DNA from: Candidatus Hodarchaeota archaeon
GTDB taxonomy: Archaea; Asgardarchaeota; Heimdallarchaeia; Hodarchaeales; Hodarchaeaceae
Length of the DNA: 19,177 nucleotides
Assembly (NCBI GenBank): GCA_016840035.1
Contig: JAEOTC010000056.1
Span: forward strand, 1-19,177
Reading direction: 5' to 3'
In this document: piece by piece, positions 8,348 through 14,889 of the stretch
How the letters are laid out: each line of letters starts with the position of its first letter
How positions within the stretch are numbered: the first letter of the stretch is position 1
The notes under the pieces: generated by a model
Databases searched by the model: none
What the model saw: the letters and a program-made list of their open reading frames with translations, nothing else
What the model was told of the DNA's origin: nothing
Translations under genes and position numbers: made by a program

Positions 8348-9916
8348 ATGGTTTACAGCATGTTTCGGGAATTAAAAACATCTTCAAGGTGTATCCAGAG
8401 TTATTTTCTCTTTTTCTTGTTTTTTACTCTAGTTCTTGTTCCTGCCGTGAGGGGTCTCTCCTTAAATTCTAGGGGTGGTGCTGAGTCTTCCAGTATTTCA
8501 TTTGTTGTGATTGAACCTCTTGGTTCTCATCCAGCTTTTCAACAGCTCATTACTCAATTTAACCAGCACCCTGATTTTGACTTTACTGTTGAGGTTGAGT
8601 TACTTGAGGGAAGTAACAAGGATTGGTATGACCAATTAGTTCACCGATTTTTAGCTCAAGACAGTTCTTTTGATCTTGTCTCGACTGACATTATCTGGAT
8701 TCCTGATTTTGCCTTTGAAGAGTTTTTAACCCCTTTGGATGATATTCTGCCTCCTAAGGAGCAGAATTACTTTCTTACTCCCCCCATTGAAGCTTCCATT
8801 TACGATGGTCACATCTATGCGGTTCCTTGGTTTCATGCTTCTGGTCTTTTCTTTTATCGTACTGACATTCTCGAATATGCGGCTTCTATTGGTTTAATCC
8901 CTGCTAATCGTCCTCCCTCGACTTGGGATGAGTTATATGATTGGACACTTATCATGCTTGCCAACCAAACCCTTGTTGATCAGTTTAAGAGTTCTGATGG
9001 AGTTTTAGAGGGATTTATCTGGCAAGCTTCTTCTGGAGAAGATTTGATGTGTAATTTTTTGGAATTTCTTGGTGGGACGGGTATCTTCTCCTTTCTTTCT
9101 GAAGAACAATCTTTTGCTCTATTAGATTCTCCTCCAATCCAAGAAGTTCTTTCTTTCATGAAAAGCCTCATCACTAGCGGTATTTCTCCAGAGGAGGTTC
9201 TTACTTATTGGTCTGGTTCCAGTGGTGATATCTGGTTAGCAGGGAATGCGATTTTTCATCGCAATTGGCCATATTATTATTCATTCAGTTATGATTCTCC
9301 GAATTTACTGAACCTTACAACTTCGGAACCAGTTTTTGCTGTGACTACTATGCCTCATAAAGTGGGCACCTCTTCTCCTCGTACTTCCACCCTTGGTGGT
9401 TGGCAGCTTGGTCTTAATCGCTATTCCTTGTATCCTGAAAAGACCAAACAATTTATGACCTGGCTTACGTCATCCGACCAGCAGAAGGTTTTTCTTCTTT
9501 CTGGCGGTTTTCTTCCTTCGCGTCTTTCTCTTTATTCTGATCTGGATATTGCTTCTAGTGATTATGCTTATATTCAGGATTTTTTACCTATCTTTCAAAC
9601 CGCCATTTCGCGTCCCCGTCCGACTCATCCTCGCTATTCCGAAATGAGTGTGGTCCTTCAATCTCAAATCCATCAATTCCTTTCTGGGACCACTTCGTAT
9701 GAGCAATTCGCTCTCACCAGTAATGGGGAAATAGATCTTATCCTGAAGCAGTTTGAACTGGATTTATTGGCCAAATTGGAGGAATTGAGTCGCAAGACCT
9801 TTCATCTTCTTCCTCTCATCGCCTTAATCTCTGTTGGGGTAGGCCTTCCGGTTATCAGGGTAATCGTTCAGAATTTTCGCACTTATCGATCATTAAGGAG
9901 GCAACTCAAGCTATGA
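8348..9916 (+). CDS. Sugar-type (trehalose/maltose-binding-like) solute-binding protein with C-terminal TM anchor; putative sensor 2
   Basis: Motifs FDLVSTDIIWIPDFA, YDGHIYAVPWF..GLFFYRTDIL, PPSTWDEL, IFHRNWPY, STLGGWQLGLN and RPTHPRYSEMS are typical of cluster-B/D sugar SBPs. N-terminal signal and C-terminal TM. ATGA overlap with the next gene. The start may be ATG 8360. Confidence 0.85.
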   Translation: MVYSMFRELKTSSRCIQSYFLFFLFFTLVLVPAVRGLSLNSRGGAESSSISFVVIEPLGSHPAFQQLITQFNQHPDFDFTVEVELLEGSNKDWYDQLVHRFLAQDSSFDLVSTDIIWIPDFAFEEFLTPLDDILPPKEQNYFLTPPIEASIYDGHIYAVPWFHASGLFFYRTDILEYAASIGLIPANRPPSTWDELYDWTLIMLANQTLVDQFKSSDGVLEGFIWQASSGEDLMCNFLEFLGGTGIFSFLSEEQSFALLDSPPIQEVLSFMKSLITSGISPEEVLTYWSGSSGDIWLAGNAIFHRNWPYYYSFSYDSPNLLNLTTSEPVFAVTTMPHKVGTSSPRTSTLGGWQLGLNRYSLYPEKTKQFMTWLTSSDQQKVFLLSGGFLPSRLSLYSDLDIASSDYAYIQDFLPIFQTAISRPRPTHPRYSEMSVVLQSQIHQFLSGTTSYEQFALTSNGEIDLILKQFELDLLAKLEELSRKTFHLLPLIALISVGVGLPVIRVIVQNFRTYRSLRRQLKL

Positions 9917-10437
9917 AATCTATTTATACTCTTCTTCTTGAGCTCTTTGACTATTTTATTCCTTCGAGTCATACTCCGTTGGATCGCCCTATGAATGAAG
10001 ATTTAATTCGGGGGAAATCTCTCCAAATCTACTGGCACTTGCTGACCGCGGGTCCTAAAGGAGTTCGTGAAATTCAACGAGATCTTAATCTCACTTCTCC
10101 CTCTTCTGTCTCCTTTCAACTTGATCGATTGATGAAAGCGGGTATTGTTTCGAAAGATGAGAGTACTGACAAATATTTTGTGTCTGAAGAGGTTAAAACT
10201 GGTATCTTGGGTTTCTATGTCCGTTTCGGTTATCGCATGATTCCCCGTCTTACCCTGTTTCTTCTCTTTCAGTTGACTGGTATTGTCGTTTTTCTCATTC
10301 TTTTCCTTCTTGAGGGAGATCAATTTGCTTTAAATCCCTTTAACCTTCTTGCTTTCATCTATTTAATTCTTAGTAGTCTGTGGTTAATGTATGAGTCTAC
10401 TAAAATCAATAAACTAAAACCTAAAGAACTAAAATGA
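9913..10437 (+). CDS. Membrane-tethered winged-HTH transcriptional regulator (wHTH + 2 TM), copy 2
   Basis: IRGKSLQIYWHLLT..GVREIQRDLNLTSPSSVSFQLDRLMKAGIVSK..KY, linker GILGFYVRFGYRMIPR, then 2 TM. 4-nt overlap with SBP2. Confidence 0.85.
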   Translation: MKSIYTLLLELFDYFIPSSHTPLDRPMNEDLIRGKSLQIYWHLLTAGPKGVREIQRDLNLTSPSSVSFQLDRLMKAGIVSKDESTDKYFVSEEVKTGILGFYVRFGYRMIPRLTLFLLFQLTGIVVFLILFLLEGDQFALNPFNLLAFIYLILSSLWLMYESTKINKLKPKELK

Positions 10438-10476
10438 TAGAATAAACATAATTAAATGAAATGAGAGTATTACAAG

Positions 10477-11349
10477 ATGTTTGAGAATTTATTACTTAAC
10501 TGTCGTCTTCAGACCCTTCTTTTTTTGGGTATGATGCTTTTGTTTCCCCTCACGCAGGTATCTGCTGAGGTGGTTTGGGAAGAGGATTTTAATTCTGGAA
10601 TCTCAGAGAAATTGACATTCTTCGCATGGACCAGTGATAATGGCATTTTTCGTACAAATACTACCGCGCAACCCACTGTCGAAAATGCTGCTCTTCAAAT
10701 GCCTAATAATCGTGTTGCGAGTACTTGGAGTGGTGCTCAGCGGAACACGACTTTAGCTTATGGTTCCTGGAGTTTTGATTATACTGTAAAAGAAGGTGAA
10801 GATCATACTTCGTGTGATACGATTTTTTTCGTCAGTAATTTTCCATGGGATCTTGATGGACGTCCACTTCTTCCTAGCAACTTGAATGCATACTATATTG
10901 CGATTAAATCGGGGTCTACTGATAATTGCTGGCCGGATGAACCGGATCATGGATTAAACTTCGGACGAATATATCAAGGAAATGCTGTTAACTTAGTAAA
11001 ATATGTGTTTCCTGCTGACCTTGTGGGATCCTACAACATAGATATTTTAAGAAAACCGAATGGAGAATTTAATATCTATTGGGACTCTGAATTAATCATT
11101 AACAAAACTGACATTCTTGTTACATCAGCTGAAGTGTTTGTAGTTGGTTCTTGGACTGGAGATTCTACTTTTGACAACTTTGTTGTTGAAGAGTTTACCG
11201 ATACAACTTCAGATGGTTTACCAACTGATTCAGATAGTTCAACGAGTGCAGATGATCCATCGACTACTGATTCAAGCTCAGATTTTAATGTGGACTTATT
11301 ATTCCTAGCTCTCATTGCGGTTATGGTAGTTACCAAGAAACGTAAATAG
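10477..11349 (+). CDS. Secreted surface protein, divergent paralog of 7294..8202
   Basis: FPLTQVSAEVVWEEDF, AYGSWSFD, GSWTGDSTFDN. Acidic S/T linker, SDF motif, TM and KKRK tail. Confidence 0.85.
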   Translation: MFENLLLNCRLQTLLFLGMMLLFPLTQVSAEVVWEEDFNSGISEKLTFFAWTSDNGIFRTNTTAQPTVENAALQMPNNRVASTWSGAQRNTTLAYGSWSFDYTVKEGEDHTSCDTIFFVSNFPWDLDGRPLLPSNLNAYYIAIKSGSTDNCWPDEPDHGLNFGRIYQGNAVNLVKYVFPADLVGSYNIDILRKPNGEFNIYWDSELIINKTDILVTSAEVFVVGSWTGDSTFDNFVVEEFTDTTSDGLPTDSDSSTSADDPSTTDSSSDFNVDLLFLALIAVMVVTKKRK

Positions 11350-11357
11350 TTAAGCTT

Positions 11358-11404
11358 GAAGGAGTAACTTTGTAAATGGAATATTACTCCTTCGTCCTTT
11401 TTTT
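11358..11404 (+). terminator. Hairpin plus T tract; distant variant of the GAAAGAGT..ACTTCTTTC repeat
   Basis: GAAGGAGTAA-N16-TTACTCCTTC (11358-11393) followed by T7, just after the stop codon. Confidence 0.55.
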
Positions 11405-11574
11405 ATCTTGTTTTCTCATCAGGCACTTAAATGAGCAAGTATACACTCAACCTGAGCTGTTTAATGAGATTAGTTAATTTTCGTTGTTTCCTTGATTTTT
11501 TACACATCATTCTCTATTTAGAGAATGCTATCGCTCTTTAAGTCCCTGAGTTTCCTTCATACATTTCGTAAATT

Positions 11575-12462
11575 TTGAGGTTACTGAACATGTCTAACAA
11601 AGTACTTACTAACCTTCGCCTACCTTTCGTTCTGATTTTAGGTATCATGGTATTGTTTCCCCTCACGCAGGTCTCTGCCGAGGTGGTTTGGGAAGAGGAC
11701 TGGGAAAAACCCCCTTTTGATGAATGGATAATTCAAGCGTATTCTTATAGTGGTGATACTGGTTTTCAACCCGATGCTGCTGCCAATCCCCCCGTTGTTG
11801 CTGGTGTATTTGAAACCAATGCTCCTTCCGATATTTTTGGTGATTATTGGAGTGGTGCAGTCCGTAATAGTTCTGTGGCGTATGGTTCTTGGAGTTTTGA
11901 CTGGATAGTTGGTTCTGGGTCGGTTCATGAATCATATGTCAATGTCTTCTTCATTTTACCCGAGTACCAAAATAATCTAACAGGAAGAGATATGAGTGGT
12001 AATTATTCAGGGTATATGCTGAATCTTCAATCAGGTGTGAAAGGTCCTCATCCTCATAACTCGATTTATCTATCACGTTTTGATGGAGGAATAATTGGCA
12101 TGACAGCTTTTGATTCTGCTATCGAAGGATCTCATCACATTGAAGTGACTCGGTTCGAAGATGGAGAGTTCAATGTTTACTTCGACCATAATTCTACTCC
12201 AATCATTACTGGAATTGATACTACACACACGAACTCTACTAAATTTGCCTTTGGTGCGTGGATTGGCGATTCAGGTATAGATAATATTGTTGTTGCAGAT
12301 CTGACTGAAACAACGACTACTACAACTTCTACGACTACTACCGATGATACTACTACTGATTCTCCTACAACAACTGAGACTGGAAGTCCAAGCTTTGAAT
12401 TTCAGGTGATAGTACTTGGAGTGGCGTTCCTTTTCATCTTTTCCCGCAAGCGAAGACTCTAG
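11575..12462 (+). CDS. Secreted surface protein, close paralog of 7294..8202 (probable start ATG 11590)
   Basis: FPLTQVSAEVVWEEDWE, SDIFGDYWSGAVRNSSVAYGSWSFD, KFAFGAWIGDSGIDN. Thr linker and GSPSFE-TM-RKRRL C-terminus. Confidence 0.85.
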   Translation: MRLLNMSNKVLTNLRLPFVLILGIMVLFPLTQVSAEVVWEEDWEKPPFDEWIIQAYSYSGDTGFQPDAAANPPVVAGVFETNAPSDIFGDYWSGAVRNSSVAYGSWSFDWIVGSGSVHESYVNVFFILPEYQNNLTGRDMSGNYSGYMLNLQSGVKGPHPHNSIYLSRFDGGIIGMTAFDSAIEGSHHIEVTRFEDGEFNVYFDHNSTPIITGIDTTHTNSTKFAFGAWIGDSGIDNIVVADLTETTTTTTSTTTTDDTTTDSPTTTETGSPSFEFQVIVLGVAFLFIFSRKRRL

Positions 12463-12490
12463 GTCTTCTTTTTTACCTTTTTTTCCTTCC
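12452..12490 (+). terminator. Stop-overlapping hairpin plus T tracts
   Basis: GAAGAC-TCTAG-GTCTTC followed by long T runs. Confidence 0.55.
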
Positions 12491-12520
12491 TTATGGTTAT
12501 TATCCATTTTCGTGTAGTTA

Positions 12521-12559
12521 GAAAGAGTGACGCATTCCTGAGGGGGCGTTACTTCTTTC
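12521..12559. repeat. Intergenic hairpin repeat, copy A
   Basis: GAAAGAGTGACGC-ATTCCTGAGGGG-GCGTTACTTCTTTC, homologous to 17643-17680 and 18839-18878. Confidence 0.65.
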
Positions 12560-12837
12560 TTTCCTTCTGATTCAGTTTCTTGCCAATCGATTTTTTTCTT
12601 CAACTGGGGAGTATTACTCTCAATGGTTATGGTTTTCTCATCTCGCAAGAAGTGGGATTGCTGGTCCTAACAACTTATTTCATCAGTTTGTTTGCATTTG
12701 CATTTTATAAATTTAAATTTAAGAAACAGAAGGAGACATACCGTTGATGAATCTAAGAAATAAAATTCTAATTTCTTCTTTGTCCTATTTTGTTTCCACA
12801 TTGTCTGAGAAGTATCGTTCTTTGAGGTTTTAGGTCA

Positions 12838-13926
12838 TTATATTTTCCGTCTTTTCCGCGAGGAGATTATTAGTATACTAAGCACTAGTGGTACACTCAT
12901 CATTTCGAATCCTGGTATTCCACTTCCAGGTATAACGATTGTCAAGATCATTGTATCTAATACCGTGGTGGCATTTTTCAGTTGAATACTGATATCATAT
13001 GTTCCTGACTTAACCGATGCCTCTGTTCGAATTTTCAATGGTATTTCGTCTGTTTCATCCTTGAAAATATTCTTGATCAAGGACGAACCAAATGGTTCTA
13101 CTGTGATTCCACTTGGTTGAGTTCCGATGACTACAGTTCCATATCCTGTGGCTTCTCCTTCATTTTTTACCGTTATTGTGACGGTTGCTATTTCTTCTTT
13201 CCCTACTTCTTTGAGCATGCTTCTCTCTGTAAACTGTAGATTGGCTCGTTCTAGGGATGGTGGTTTGATTATTACCTCATTATTTACAGTAATGTTATCT
13301 AACCCGTGTCCTCCTTGTGAATCAAATCCAAAATAGTTTCCTACTGTATATTCAGTATCCATTGCTTCTATTATCAAAGTTCCATCCACGTACACATTAA
13401 AATGGCCATTTAGATCTCTTGTTATATCTATGTACAAATATTCAGGCAGTTTTCCAGTATATCCCCATACTCCCAATACTTTTGACGGAAATCCTTCTCG
13501 ACTTCCTAATATTAAGCTACTTGGGGTTACCATCCAACTTGAATCTGGAATTAATGTTAGATAATACCCTTTTTCTTCCCCAAGGTTTCCAAATGCTTCT
13601 GTACAGAAGTAAACGTACATATGTTCTCCGCTTATTAGTCCAGTTTGATTTATGTATACATCAAAGCTCCATGTGCCGTATGCAATATTACTGTCATGTT
13701 TTAGTCTGTGGTGATCTGTTTTTTCTCCTGCCGCAATTAACAATCCTGTTGTAGCGGAATAATTTCCGTCTATTATGGTCCATCCATCGTAATTCCCGTC
13801 CTCGAAATCATCACTCCAGATTTCTGTAGCAATACTTGGAGATGCTTGCAGAACGATTAAAATTAGGAAAATAAAACTTCCAGAAGTTAAATTTTTAGAT
13901 ATTTTTTCTTTTCTCATCTGATTCAT
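12838..13926 (-). CDS. Secreted surface protein: distant member of the same ConA/LamG-like family plus a C-terminal Ig-like domain and PGF-CTERM-like anchor
   Basis: EIWSDDFEDG, AYGTWSFD, IDITRDLNGHFNVYVDG and LDNITV match the family motifs. An Ig-like segment follows (VTITVKNEG...PSGITV...SGTYDISI), then IPGFE-TM-RKRRKI. GGTGA SD upstream. Confidence 0.85.
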   Translation of the reverse strand: MNQMRKEKISKNLTSGSFIFLILIVLQASPSIATEIWSDDFEDGNYDGWTIIDGNYSATTGLLIAAGEKTDHHRLKHDSNIAYGTWSFDVYINQTGLISGEHMYVYFCTEAFGNLGEEKGYYLTLIPDSSWMVTPSSLILGSREGFPSKVLGVWGYTGKLPEYLYIDITRDLNGHFNVYVDGTLIIEAMDTEYTVGNYFGFDSQGGHGLDNITVNNEVIIKPPSLERANLQFTERSMLKEVGKEEIATVTITVKNEGEATGYGTVVIGTQPSGITVEPFGSSLIKNIFKDETDEIPLKIRTEASVKSGTYDISIQLKNATTVLDTMILTIVIPGSGIPGFEMMSVPLVLSILIISSRKRRKI

Positions 13927-14096
13927 CTTTCACCCACCTAATCTGAGACCATGCTCATAGCGTTTTCCCCTATATTAACTTATAGTTCTATCTGTCTTCT
14001 CACCAAATTGGATAATTAACTCAAGAAAACACACATGACCGTATTAATAAAAGAAAATGAACTCCTTCCCTCATATTTAGGAATTTGTTGTGGCTT

Positions 14097-14285
14097 CTAC
14101 TGTTTTTTTCGCTTTCTCCGCTTTCTACTGAAGATTCCAACTCCGAAGACGATAATAAGTAGTTCTACAAAGGCAGTACTATCATCAGTTATGTTCGGTG
14201 ATGTTTCTGTAATTCTAGTTGTTGTTTTAGTCGTTGTGGTAGTTGTTATGGTAGTTGGTGGAGTAGTGGTAGTTGTCTCATTCAC
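14097..14285 (-). pseudogene. Orphan C-terminal fragment of a surface protein (Thr linker, TAF motif, TM, basic tail)
   Basis: Encodes only TTTTTPPTT...DDSTAFVELLIIVFGVGIFSRKRRKRKKQ. No signal peptide or globular domain. The upstream frame is closed by a stop about 25 codons earlier, with no ATG. Confidence 0.55.
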
Positions 14286-14360
14286 CTCTTTCTTAGCCGT
14301 ACTGAGTATTAAAAAGACAATATTTCGATAAAGTAGTGATGAGTCTCCCTCCTTTCCATT

Positions 14361-14483
14361 TTATTTCTTCTTTTTCACTTTTGGTCCGAGTGGGTACGAA
14401 TAAACGAGTCGATTATCGATTTCCTCTTTGGTTTTTTTCTTTTTTTTCTCGTCCTTGTTCTTTGGTTTTTGGTCTTCACTCAT
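14361..14483 (-). CDS. Small Lys-rich protein, copy 1 (40 aa: MSEDQKPKNKDEKKKKKTKEEIDNRLVYSYPLGPKVKKKK)
   Basis: Below the ORF-track cutoff. ATG preceded by a GTGAT SD-like motif. The paralog at 18566..18685 has an identical 15-aa core encoded with only synonymous differences. Confidence 0.75.
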   Translation of the reverse strand: MSEDQKPKNKDEKKKKKTKEEIDNRLVYSYPLGPKVKKKK

Positions 14484-14749
14484 GTTAATCACAGACTCTT
14501 CCTAGACTTTCTTGAGTTGTGTCTTGTATGTTTATTTATTAATTCAATGCTAAGGTTTGCAAAGTCATTTCTTTTAGACGTGTCTAACACTATTAAACTT
14601 TGAGGAACTAAAATTTTACTTCTTCTTTTTTCCAATTAAAATATATAGTCGTGTCTAATTCTTATCGGCCTGCCTATTATTTATTCAAGGAGGATTGAAG
14701 TATTTGCTTTAGTGTAAAAAGATCAAGTACTAAAACTCTGTTATTCGTT

Positions 14750-14813
14750 GTACAAACTTTTGTACAGTGAGTACAAGGTTTTATACTTCCCCTACCGTGG
14801 AAACCTTTAAGTA
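14750..14813 (+). promoter_or_regulatory. Tandem GTACA-N6-T[GA]TAC boxes plus BRE-TATA for SBP3-wHTH3
   Basis: GTACA-AACTTT-TGTAC at 14750-14765 and GTACA-AGGTTT-TATAC at 14771-14786 (21-bp period). GGAAAccTTTAAGTA has its TATA at 14806, 20 bp after the proximal box. Confidence 0.65.
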
Positions 14814-14889
14814 AGGGGAAATTCCTATCTATTTGAAAGGTTTCACTCGAATTAATTAGAAAAAATCCTGTTAGAGAGCTGTTAAACGT

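Noticed and set aside
12271-12648. 125-aa minus-strand ORF with KKKIDW as a third micropeptide paralog
   Set aside because: It lacks the NRLVYSYPLGPK core, has a TTG start without a clear SD, and runs antisense through a terminator and a real gene. Its Lys-richness is explained by plus-strand T tracts.
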